A stretch of DNA of 64,000 nt from Lepidodermella squamata (GCA_047495785.1 JBLDXI010000009.1:3906001-3970000), one strand, 5' to 3'; positions 37,462 through 49,464 are shown, numbered from the stretch's first letter. A program made the numbers and translations. The notes: a model not told the origin generated them from the letters alone.

Positions 37462-39829
37462 CTACCAGTACGGCACGTCTTGACCAGCCGGTGACGTTGT
37501 AGTCGCCGATTGCTGAACAACAGCCGAAACGCGGGCAGCCGTCGCGATAGGCACCGATCGATTCGCGGCCACTAGAGCGGATCCGCCGTTCCAGGACGCG
37601 AATTCCGACCAGACAAACTCGCGAATCCGCTGCGCCCGCTCGGCCTCCAACTCGGCGGCGGTTCGCGTGGTTGGCGGCAGTAGCTTCTGATGGGTTGTAT
37701 TGCCGTTACTCGACGGCTGTTGTTGACTGGTTTGACACGAGGGCAGTTGATTTTGCTGTTGTTGGGTTACGCAACTTGTCGCGACGCGTCGCTGGTAAGA
37801 TAAATAGCTATTGAGAGGGCGATAGCGGAGCGAATAGTTTTGCCCGTCATTGTTGTCCCAATATTCACCTATAAATATTATAACAATTAATATTTTAAAA
37901 ATTCATGGCAATTCGAATTTTTTAAAATAATCAAAAAATTTAAAAAATATTAAAATTTTAATTTTAATTTTTTCAATTTTTTAAATCGATTTTTTAAAGA
38001 AAATTAATTTTCTAATAAACTAACCGGATTGGTCTCCGCACTGGTAGCATATACAGAAGTCGACGATTGTACCCGGCATAAGATTTGGCGGGATAGGCAC
38101 CGAAAATTCGAACAGGTCAAAGTCTGTCCGGCCGTCGCACGGCGCCACGATCGGAAAATACTCGGCCGCGTGGTCGTGCGATGTCGCCCAGTGGTCGAAG
38201 GTGGCGCGAACGTACACCTTCTTGTGGTAGGACAAGTTGCGCACTCGAATCATGCCCTTGATGTAGCCGGCTCGGCAGCACACGCTCTCGAGCGCGATGT
38301 TGCGATGCCTAAGCCGTTCGCTCAGCTTCGTATAGCTGGTTAGCGGGTCGGGGAATAGCAGCTCCATGCAGTCTGAGTCGAGGCTGGACGCGCACAGCTG
38401 AGCGGCGGCAGTTGGCGCTTGGACTAGATTGAAAATTCGCGATAGGGTAGTCGCAACCGGCGTATTATTTGCACTATCGTAACTGCCAACCGGTGAATTC
38501 GCGATCGTACATACAACAGCCTGAAATTATAAATTGAAATCATATATTTTTTTATTTTTCGCAATTTATAAGGAGGAATTTATAAATTTTAAAACTCCTC
38601 CTTAAAATTTAGGATTTTAGTGCACCGAATTTCTTTTTCACTCTGAAGTGCGCATTTCTTATGACGTAGCAGCCTATTCTACCATGTGATTAAGGTAGCC
38701 CCGGTATCACGTGTTTTCCTAGACTGTTAAGACGCGTCTGAAAATCGGTATGTTCTGAATAACTATTTATTTTCTCACTCATTTTCCCTTCTCAGGACAT
38801 TTTATACGTTCAAGACGCGTTATAGTATAACATTTTACAGCAGCAGCACGTGATCTAAAATTGCCTCTGCCTGCTATAATAATAGTATTACATTTCGCGA
38901 GGGCTACTACGCAGCTGATGAAAATAATGAATGCGCCGCGAAGAAAAATCGATTTTTACATTCGATTATTAGGTGCCTAGACAACTTACCAACGGCTTCC
39001 CGTGAGCATCGGCGAAGCGGACGCGTTTTTTACTGGCGCTGCCGTATTGATCTGCGTTGTACGACGTCATAAACTGGCACGCCGACAACGAAGCTGTCGA
39101 CGACATTGACAGCGGCGAGGATACGGAAGATACTGTCGAGCAGTAAGAGTAGGAAGCAGAGGAGCATGACGAGTAAGCCGACGATGAAGTGAGTTGCGAG
39201 CTGTCTGAACACGGCACCGAAGAATTCAGCACAACTCCTTCGTCACTGGGGCTCGTCGGCTCATCACTGGGAGGGCTTATCAAATCTGGAAAAATATTTA
39301 AAAAAATTAAGCACAAAATTCACGAAAATTTTCGAACAAAATTGATCGATTTTCTTGGGAAATTTTATTTCTTTTTAAAGTTTATTTTAAATTCAATTAA
39401 TTTTTATACTTCAATCCATAAGAACCACCTGTTGATCTTGCAATTCAATCAAATAAGTATTTGCTTACCCCATTCGGTTATTAGGTCGAGTTCATCGGTA
39501 GTTATTGATATCGCTTTATCGGAATTTGGATCGCCGTCACATCCCGATAACTTCTGAGGGGAGGAAGACACGAAGCGGCGATGAAGATGGTGCAAATGCT
39601 GCTGGTGGCCTAACATAAGGCCATTCAGAGTCATAGTTGCTTCTTCCATGTCGACATAGTCGGCTTGCGAGTCGCCGTTGCCATTTGTCGACACAACAGC
39701 CGCCTGCAATGAAGCAGCCAGTAGAGATTCAAAGTTTATAGGCAACGATGATGAATTCGAATTCGCGTTGAAATCTCGATGTCTAGGCGAAATTATCGCC
39801 ATCGAGTCTCGGCTATTTATCGGTAGCAT
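37462..39829 (-). CDS. PPP1R3: PP1 glycogen-targeting subunit (CBM21), array copy 9, longest and most canonical, ~519 aa
   Basis: Exons 39829-39469, 39285-38990, 38520-38025, 37868-37462. KKRVRFAD; GMIRVRNLSYHKKVYVRATFDHW; EYWDNNDGQNY; WSEFASWN; ends VPYW. Confidence 0.94.
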
Positions 39830-40264
39830 GGTTGCGGTCTCACTGGCTTGGCAATCGCAAAACGATGGGCAACTCTTCAATCGGACACAAAAATCACACA
39901 GTTCAGAATTACGCAAGCCAGATCATCATCAAAATGGTTCACAGTCCCTAGAAACGCGCCAAATAAACTAGCAAATCACATGTGCTAAATCGTCATGCTT
40001 TTGCGCGAGAGCTGTTACGCAACGCGTCCACACCCTCGCTGAAAATCGCGTGTCATGAGTCAACGCAAATCGCGTGTTTCCTAATCGTGTGACAGCACGA
40101 GCGCGAAACACAGCTTAAGAAAAAAATTAAGGCAGATAAAAAAACCCACAACAATCACGTGAACAATCACAAACACTCAATTCAGACATTAAAAAAAACT
40201 AGGTTTTTTAATCGCGCGCCATCTTTTATCTGATAACGAGGGCAAGTAAAATTTCTTTATTTAC

Positions 40265-40459
40265 CTGGGATGATAGGAGTGTAACACAGCCGTTTGCTGA
40301 TCGCCTTACGCGGTGATGTTGGTCTTCGTCATCGGACAATGATTTGCCGCCATTTCCCAATGTTTGCTGTTGATTCTGCTGCTGCTGGGTTTGTTGATCG
40401 ACGGCCGCTTGGCCGGCGGACCCGCCCGACCACGACATAGCCACCGTCGCAACCACCAT
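40265..40459 (-). other. Probable upstream exon of copy 9 carrying a 65-codon ORF (uORF or alternative N-terminus)
   Basis: ATG-initiated Q/G/S-rich frame with coding-like GC content, ending at a CAG|GTAAAT donor. Confidence 0.4.
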
Positions 40460-40848
40460 ATGCGTCAGCCTTTTGTGTACTTATTTTCGTAAATGATATC
40501 TAGTTGGGGACATTAGCGAAGATTAAGACAGATCTCAAAAATTGAAGATATATTCCATATCTGTATGCTACTTGATACAGTTTTGCAATATTTATAGAAA
40601 CGCATAGTCTGAATACTCTGATTTCGGACAACGCGCTTGCATGGTGCGCGAGTGGTGTATTAATGCGCAAGCGCTATCAAGAAAAAACGGTGGTATTTAG
40701 ATTACCGAAACCGGCGGCCACTGAGCGCGCAGCGTATTACGTTATTGACTCGCGTGAAAAACCGCTGGCTGAATCGGGTTCAAAGTCCAAAGTCCGCGCT
40801 GATATAACGTGAGCCGAGCTTAATATGCGTGTAATAAATGGCCGTCTT

Positions 40849-40865
40849 CACGTTGCATTCACGTG
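40849..40865. promoter_or_regulatory. ChoRE-like tandem E-box (CACGTT-N5-CACGTG)
   Basis: Exact 5-nt spacing, in a CpG-rich stretch upstream of copy 9. Confidence 0.4.
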
Positions 40866-42589
40866 AACACAGTGCGGCCAGCCAGTGTAAGCTGCAATAG
40901 CTAAGGTCGTGCGTCGGTATGAACGCATAATAAGGCTCGTTGAAACAAAACACTTATTAATAGCGGTTTATTTCAAGTAATTTTCACCAAAATGACTGCT
41001 CGACGAAACTTGCTATTGGCCGATGTATGGCAATGTATGATTCAATGAAATTTCCAAGCAGCAATTCACTTCCGTTTTAGACAGCGAATTTTTCAATCGA
41101 CAAGATCATCACTAGGACGGAGCTCCTCGTCGCGAATAGTCATGAGTCGTGAAAATCAAATTAGTAATCACGTTATGTCGGAATTCTTTGTTCTTCGCTA
41201 TTTATCGTTTATCCATTTAAATTGCGCAACGAATTAATAATCGAGAATAGAATAAACAGGTTTCCCCTCAATAGATACACATGAACTGGGAATGACGTAG
41301 AAATTAATCAAATATCAACTGTAACATTTACCAGCTTAGGTATTTACCATGGGAAGTCCGAGCAATACAAAAATACTCAAGAATAATTGAGTCGAAAAAT
41401 TAAATGGACAGACTATGGATTTCGAAAGTAAACAACGCTGCCCAAGTGATCCAGGTAACTGGTCTGTACAATCAAAAATGATGCATGATCCAACCAGCTA
41501 TCCTCGTTTAGCTTTAATGTCACAAAAGTCTGAATATGATGAATTGTACGAAATATATGACTGATAGCAAAAGCAAAAGACGGATATAATTAAAACTCAG
41601 ACTAAGAAACAAGCATTAATAGTTGAGGTAGCAGGTAGCAAGAGTATACTAGTTTTCCCAATTGACATGAAAACTGAAAAAACGCTTTACAAATAAAGAA
41701 TTAGAAGCTTGGAGCTTCAGTTCTCTAATGTCTCAATGATACACTCGCACCGATAATGCGAGAAGAATATCAAGAACAAAGCAATAGAAGCATCAAGTAT
41801 GATGTGGAGAAAGAAGGCAAGCTAAAACCTGCTCACGACCCGCGTAGGCAATCCAACACTGCTTGAATATACCTAAATCTCTTCCTATGCTGAACACAAT
41901 AATAATGTCCGAAACGAGGATAAACATTTGATTGGAGAAGGGTAATGATTACGGATAACTGATATGTGCCGAAGATAGAAGGGAGAAGAGGCTATTCGGG
42001 TTGGGTGGAATAAGTCAATAGGGTATCTACAGTGAAAGCCTACCAAAAACAATGAATAGTTTGAAACTTGGGCAAAAGATTAGGTTGAAAAAAAGTTCTA
42101 CATGTCTACAGTTTCATCAAGAGAAGAAAGCAGACAACACGAAGGGCAGCCAAAAGTTTCAAGCAATCGGCAACATCTAGAGAGGGTCAGAGACATGCGG
42201 ATGCAGAGGCATCGATCAGATATCACATGGCTAGAACTAGCAACGTACCGAATTTAGTGTTTTTTGGCTGAAGCCGGCTCACAACCAAACGCTGCTCACG
42301 TGAAAAAATCTCCGAAATCTCGTGAATCAAAAGCCGGTATCAAATATCATCAAATTACCAACCATTATCTCATTTTGATAAAAAAATAATATTTTCGTCG
42401 AATATGGTGATAATTTAATTTGAAGAAGTGCTATCCGACAGCCGCAGTGAAATCCGCGACGTAATGTTTTTTCTGCACTTCGAGTCACGATTGCGACTGG
42501 TACAGGTAACTTCCTCGTCGAAATTCTCAGCTTGATAAGGTACTCAGCTAATTCTCAACTCGATAGCCGCTGCTTTGATTAAAAAAAGC

Positions 42590-43014
42590 TGTTACATATG
42601 ACGGGAAGGCTCTGCTGAAATGACATTGATTATGAGACTTTGGAAACAACAATTTTTATTGTCATACGAGGAAGAGTAAGGCAGACTCATCAAGTCAGAG
42701 ATATGCCATCGATCTGCGAACTACGAACTGTCTACGCTTGACCAATGCTGCTGCCCTTCGACTGCTTACCGGCGGCGTGTCGGTCGGCGACAGGTTCAGC
42801 AGAGACCACTTCAGCTCGTCCTCTCATTTTGAAGTCCTTGTACCCGGCGAATTCCCGACCCTGTGCCAGCCCTTGGGTTTGACGTATCCATACAAAACTC
42901 AAAACTAGCTCTATGGACGTATCTCGAGCCGATCGCAAAGGCTACCAGCGCACGCTCTGGACGCCTCTGGACGCCATTGCTGACGCCATCCGGTTGCTGA
43001 TATTTATTTTTCAC
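42590..43014 (-). mobile_element. Decayed mariner-like transposase N-terminal fragment
   Basis: Frames read REFAGYKDFKMRGRAEVVSAEPVADR and IRRVQGLQNERTS, resembling the mariner HTH region (W..RFK.GR....DEPR.GRP), then ADR. Contains stops and frameshifts. Confidence 0.4.
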
Positions 43015-43384
43015 TCACGAGCCAAAACAGATTGCGATTCAAGAGCTGTTTTTCGTTAATATCGGTGCTATTAGGTTTGAATTATATCGGAGAACGCTTA
43101 AAAACGTAGCTTGAGACTTTGATCCAAGTGTCATTGTTTTATTTTGCTTACCTAGCAATAATCTAAAGAATTGTCACGATCGCTCACGTAAAGTATTTCA
43201 GTTTCGTAATCATATTTTTTCTTCCTACTTGTTTGCATCGCAGCCGCGTTTACCGAAATTTCATCGGTCTAAAACAGCGGGCGAGGTAAATATACAATAA
43301 GCATTTTACAAGTCACTGATGAGTCAGGTGCATTGCCGAAAATTTCATTCGAAATTTGAACCGGGATTGATAGATGATGATTGC

Positions 43385-44104
43385 CTACCACGGATTAATC
43401 CTGGTTGCTAAATAATGCGCAATCTTGGGGTCACTCTCCAGCCTGCGGCGATGTTCAATGAGGCGCGGGAATTTCTCCATGACCTTAGTGATGTTCGTAA
43501 CGTCGAAGTAATCGCAGGCATCTAAGAATGCCAGATCAGCCCACGTGATTTGATCGCCAACAAAGAATTTTCCCTCCAGCAAACCATCCAAAACAGGAAG
43601 GATCTTAGGAGCAACGCTTGTCAATACTTCCTCCTGTGCAGCTTTCTTTTGCTCCTCATTGGAATAGTGGAACATGATATCAAGTGCTCGGCTGAATAAT
43701 TCGTGGACAGTTTGAACAACGATGTCCGTCTTTAGCTGTTCAATACCGCTTTTACCAAGTAGCCCTTAATAATAAGTGAAAATAATGGAAGACTTCGATA
43801 AATTTTCGGAAAATTACCATTTTCGCTTGCAATGTAACGAGCGATGGCTAGGCTTTGGCCATATTTCTTTCCATCGATTTCCAGAGCTGGCAGCTGGTTA
43901 GCAGGAAAATTGCCCACAGCTTTCTTGGCTGGCCATTCCTCGAGGGTATAACGTACGTCTTCGAATTTAACGCCGGCGTAGTTCATGAGAATGCGAGCGA
44001 ATTCGCCGCGACCTTTGCCCTGAACATAAATATATTTAGAGAGTTAATTAATTCGTTGAGAAAGCGCAACTTACGTCGAAGTAATAAAACTTGATGTTAG
44101 GCAT
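43385..44104 (-). CDS. Glutathione S-transferase, sigma class
   Basis: Exons 44104-44075, 44019-43818, 43764-43385. YYFD-GKGRGEFAR, FEDVRY, QLPALEIDG, QSLAIARY, GDQITWADL. Confidence 0.93.
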
Positions 44105-45729
44105 ACTTATATCCAAGTTAATGCAATTACGCAATTGAAATATTAAGTAACTCTAATAGATACAATTTGCACAATATTATTAGAGGTAAATATACGGCTT
44201 AAAGATTTGAAAGCTGATTGACGAGCTTCGAATAAGCGGTTATATATAAGCAAACTCTTCGAATATTTGCCGAAACTGAATGCCAGCAGTTTCCCGCTGC
44301 GCTTATATAGGATTTTGAGTCATAGTGGTAAATAGCGTTGTCTCAGTAGTTCAGTTTTGACCGCTACGCCACATCGCACACTTCAGCCTGCTGATTATTT
44401 GCAGGCAGTAGCAAGCATTATATTACACCATGTATTCTATTATGTTTTGCGTAGTAATGTTTGTACTGGATTTTTCTGCCTTTCATACGTAGCTATAAGA
44501 TGGCGAAAGAATGTGAAATAAAACAACTTTGACCTCCTATGCCAGTTAGTAACCGCAAAAATTATATTTTTGACAAATTCAACCTTATTCACTCCTAAAT
44601 GAAAGTAATGGAATTTATTTTCGGAATGCCAAACGACAAATCTTCAGGAGCTTGATAATTCAACTACACCGACAACTATTCATTACTTACTTAACCCTCT
44701 CATGGCGCAATTATATATCTGTGGGAGAACAATTATTTGACTGCATTTCTAGCGGTTTTCAAATGTCCTGATCATGATTCTGAAAACTACCTATCGCAGT
44801 TGAGACTGTGAAAAGAGCTAGAAAGCAGCCTTTCCCGCACAGCTCATTTCAGGGGATTTTTCAAGCACCCGAATCTATCAGGTGCTTTCAACTTTCAACT
44901 TCGGAATTTAGGATTCTAAATTACTCCCTTGAAGGTTCCTAACATTCCCCCTCACTTATATCACCGGAAAGATTCAGTTTTAGAAAGTTATAGAGGTTCA
45001 GTATTCACTTCAGTATTCAGCTTTTCCAGTTTTTCCTCGCGACAGTTTTTGCTACTCAAAAAGCAAGCGCTTCGCCAGTATAAGTCTGATAGGGCAATTT
45101 CGCAATTTTGATTAACTTTCAATGTTCCACCGAAAATTCGAAAAACTCGAGACAAGAGCCTTTGCCCGAATGATGGAGTCACTGATTGATTATAAATATT
45201 AAAAAAATCGATATTTCACATCTTAGTTACCTACCAATTTTAAAGCGGTTTGAAATATCGGTATGTTTGTTTCAAATTCTCGTAGCCAACATCGAAAAGT
45301 ACATTGCTAAACAGTGCGATAAAAAATTCGATAACTATGAATTTCTGTGTGCGAGATAGCTTGACCAGCTGTCAATTGGCTGATACCTAGCGGTCAAGTC
45401 TTCATCACATCCACACTTATCGACCTGGAATCGTAGGATAACTTTGAAACAATCGCTTGTGAATACTTTCAAACGCAATCTTCACCTATAGGCGAGTTCT
45501 TAGGAATAATTGTATTTTATTTCAACTGCCGCAAATGAGGTGCACAGTGCGAGAGCTTATGAGTACGTAAAGACTAGCTGGTAATTCCTAATATTTTGCT
45601 ATTTAAGATTATCACATTTTGAATCAGGCCAAGTTTAATTGGCATGAGCACAGAGATCAATTGGCAAGAGGTTAAAAGTCTTCACATAGCTTTGCAGTGA
45701 AAAGCACAACATTTTAAGAAACCGCAGCT

Positions 45730-46505
45730 TCAAGAGACCGCACATTGGTCAACATCGCCGTCTTTAGCAGCTTTCATTTTCAACAACTCGGCGCGAATTT
45801 TCTTTTCAAACTCCAAAGCTGCTCTCGGCTTCTCGTAAACAACCAGTAGCGTGTTATTGGCATAGGAGCTCTTCAAATTTTCCGGAACCATTGTCAGACC
45901 CAATCGCCGCATGTCAGGTATAAAAAGCTTTTTATAGTATCTGGAATTACAAGTATAAATTATCGTAAACCAATCTCGGCACTATCAATCCTACTTTTTG
46001 TTTTTGGTCGTTACAACAATGCAACAGTCTGCCGGGTTAATAGCCACTCCGTAATTGTCCTTAGGGTACGGCAAATTGCGAATCCGAAATTGGAATGCTT
46101 TTTCGTTATCTTCACGCGTTAAAATTGGCTGTAGCAAAAAAAATTGACGCTTAAAATGAAATTCACGTGACAACTCACATTTTCAGCACTTTCAGCCATG
46201 CCGTCATTCAACACTTTAGCCTGCATCGGCACTAGCGCTTCGCCGACTTCGAATTCCCAATCGCCCATTTGTCCGATCATTCCTTTGGGACGCCGCCATT
46301 TCCGCACTGAAACACAAAATTCGATAAAGCTCCGACTTTAATTCGATAATAAAAAAAACGTACCAAACAACTGGCAACACGACATATCGTATTCCTCTAC
46401 CATTTCGCTCCTGTCTTTAAATGTGAAGTGGATTTTACGGCGATTGTCCTTAATCAGCGCTGTTTTCTCAGCTTCACGCAGCTCCTTCTCCCAAATTGTC
46501 GCCAT
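45730..46505 (-). CDS. DPCD: Protein DPCD
   Basis: Four exons. MATIWEKELREAEKTALIKDNRRKIHFTFKDRSEMVEEYD, RKWRR, WEFEVGE, FQFRIRNLPYPKDNY, TTKNKKYYKKLFIPDMRRL, YANNTLLVVYEKP. Confidence 0.93.
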
Positions 46506-47350
46506 TTGAAATGTAACTGATTTTCTACGTGAGAAATAACAATTTTTTTTCATCGGATACCGCTGACTTTTATTCTTTTCCGAGTATCCACAGGGCATTC
46601 ATCATCGTTTATTTTTTACGAAAGTGGGTATCGCTTGGGCCTACACGCAAAGGTTCAAACTCAGAATTAGTAGCCTATAAGACTACGTGATGATTGGCTC
46701 GATGTAAAAACACAAGTTTTAGTAAGTATACTTGCAGGCGATCACACGGAATGTCACGGTAGTCACATCAAAACGGCGCCAAGGATAGATATTGTTAGAC
46801 GGTATCAGCGCACCATTAATGTTCGCGGGTAGTATTAATAAGGCAAAGAAAGAAAAGAATGAAGAAAACGCAACAATAATAAGGTATTCGAAAAAATAGC
46901 GGTATTCAACACACCGTTTCTTGTTAATAAGGAAAAGAAATACTTAGTCGATGAAAAATCAGCAGCGAGTGAAATGTGTGTTGTTTAAGGTGGATCAAAC
47001 GCGGGTTAGCTACGCGATCACAATATCATCTTGTTTGTTACGAATAAGAGAGTAAGCAGCGCCGGGCCAAGCAAGTACCAAATGAACTCACGCTTAAGGC
47101 TTCCAAATTCATCACGCATCTTGGCACTTAGGTGCTTTTCATAGCAAAAAATTATTAACATTTGTTAAGCAACGAGGTAAATAATGAAATTACTGTATTA
47201 TTTATAGCTTGCAATTAATAAAACTAGACACCCACATAATGTCGATTTTTTACAATTTCTCGGCATTTCAAGGTAGTTTGATACATAGCAAACAGCAAAA
47301 AAACAACAAAGAAGAACGAATTAACTATATTAATTGATCATAGGCTGTAC

Positions 47351-49464
47351 TCAAGAAATCGGCTTGAGGAGGATGGGATCGACCACGCCGGCGGTAATAA
47401 TACCGGCATTGACGCCGAATACGAGGAAAACACCGGCCAACATGGCCGCTTTGCCGGCGTGACGAGCTTCAGCCTGTTTAGGCGCGTACATCATCGCCAG
47501 CGACGAGGCGTGGCCGTGCGTTAGCGAGAATAAGATCATAGCAATCCAGTAGATCCAGCTGTTTGTTAACAGAGCATCGAATCGACGAACGCGGTTTTCG
47601 CGTTGGAAATTGAGCAAGAACACAAAGAACGGGATGAACAAGATCCTAAAGAGAAAAAAACAGCATTAAAGATATCAATAAATTTATAAATATAACTAAA
47701 ATATCGAGTCCTAAGTTACCAAATTCAGAAGAACAAATTTTCATCGGCTTTAAAACGAAAAAATATCTAAAAATGGTCTGGGTTGAAATATTCGAAGACC
47801 TATTTATTACTAATTCCCATCAAACTTTAGAGAAAAAAATTGGCGTTACGAAATCCTTAATTAATGGTTTTGAATAAGCTCTTAGGAAAAATTCTGAAAA
47901 TATCGCAAAATTTTACAAATTCATCAAAAATTTAAATGAAACAACTTTGAAAGCCGTAGGTTAACCAGTGTTTTTTTTAAGGTGTGTAAGTGTGTAAATT
48001 TTACACACCAAAGCAGGCAAATTTACATTTTTTCATTTACTCACCCCCAAAATGGCTCAAAATTACACACCAATAGTATCTAACTTACACACCAAAGCCG
48101 TCCTTAAAAAAAAACACTGGGTTAACGTAATAAAAAATCGAAACAAATTTCGTATTTCAAGAGCAGTTGGATAGCAAAATTCCGTTTTAACATACCTAGC
48201 AGAAGTGAAAATCCACAGATATTTGGGACCAGGGCTTTGCAAGAAATTCGGGATTAGATTGCCGAGAAAAGCGAACACGTTGAACGTCAAGAAGCACAAA
48301 ATGTCGCTGTAAAATTTGTCGCTGATGAAAAAGTTTTCATCCTTCTCCGCTGCAATCCACATCGAAACGTTCGGGAACACGAACAGCGTCACGAAAAACG
48401 TGATAAACACGTCGTAGAAATGAACGGCTAACGAGCGGAAAATCTCGCCAAACGTCCGCAGCGTTTCGGCAAAAGTCGGCTTTGGTCCGACCTGCTGGTT
48501 TTGTTCTCTTAATGCCGTGTAATAACGGTAGAATTTCAACAGAGGCAGTGCGAAGTAGGTGTCGAAGGCAGCGAGAAGCAGGAAAATTCCGGCCATAAAA
48601 TAGTAAATAGCGGAGATTTTCATGTCGGGCGTTGACATTTTAATAGTAATCGAGAACAACACGATCAGAATGCCAACAAAATTATTGCCCCTGTAAAACG
48701 AGCAAAAATAATGATAAATAAATAACCCATGAAGTTCATAACTCACAAGATAATGGCATTTGCGTAATGCATGGGCAAAGGAGCGACTAGACCCCAGACA
48801 GAGTTTTGGTAGACACCAATTCCAGCTAATCAAGATATTTGATGAAAATTATGAATTTTTGTGGCCGTTTTTCTTACCCATCATGACGACGACAACGGCG
48901 AGAGAAACGTAGATGAATGTGTACATCATATCGTTGGTGTCGATAACAGCCATGAGAACAGTGACAACAAAAGACGCAACTGCGATTAGAAGCGAAACCA
49001 CAATTCGAATTCCAAGGGTATGCCTGAAAATTAGGGAACAATTAAAAATTGATTCCGTTTTTCCCGTGAATTCAGACTTACTCTCCAAATTGAACAAAAC
49101 AATTGATTAGAGTGAAAAGCATGTTCGGAATCTGGTTAGCCACAGTCATTCGATGGCAGAAGGAGTTTTGCCATGTCGTCAACTCGGGTGTATTTTCGTC
49201 GTTCCATGTGCCCGTCTGATTGACATAACTGGTACTCAGCTTGAAACCGATGAAATACGGATAACATATCGTAATGAACATGTTCCACGGCGCGAGAACC
49301 GCGCATCCGTGTAAGAACAGAATGAAAAAGGCGCCGAGGCAGCGGTCTTTAGGCGGCGTCGACGAAACAGGTCTCTGGATGAGAGGTGCCGCTGTTTCAT
49401 GGTCGCGGTCTTCGCCGCTCGATCGAACAGCAACCGCTGGAACGGTCTCTTTCTCGTTGCTCAT
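47351..49464 (-). CDS. Equilibrative nucleoside transporter (SLC29/ENT family)
   Basis: Exons approx. 49464-49082, 49023-48878, 48825-48746, 48690-48195, 47645-47351. PPKDR...LHGCAVLAPWNMFIT, YQNS, FFVTLFVFP, FLTFNVFAFLG, FSLTHGHASSLAMMYAPK; multiple TM segments. Confidence 0.93.
47966..48119. mobile_element. ~154-bp MITE in the ENT intron
   Basis: TIRs CAGTGTTTTTTTTAAGG and CCTTAAAAAAAAACACTG; both flanks read GGTTAAC; internal TTACACACC repeats in both orientations. Confidence 0.7.

Noticed and set aside
6740-39829. Array as haplotype or assembly duplication
   Set aside because: Copies are strongly diverged in protein, introns and flanks.
41330-42240. Purine-skewed stretch suggestive of a LINE remnant
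   Set aside because: No RT or endonuclease motif could be read.
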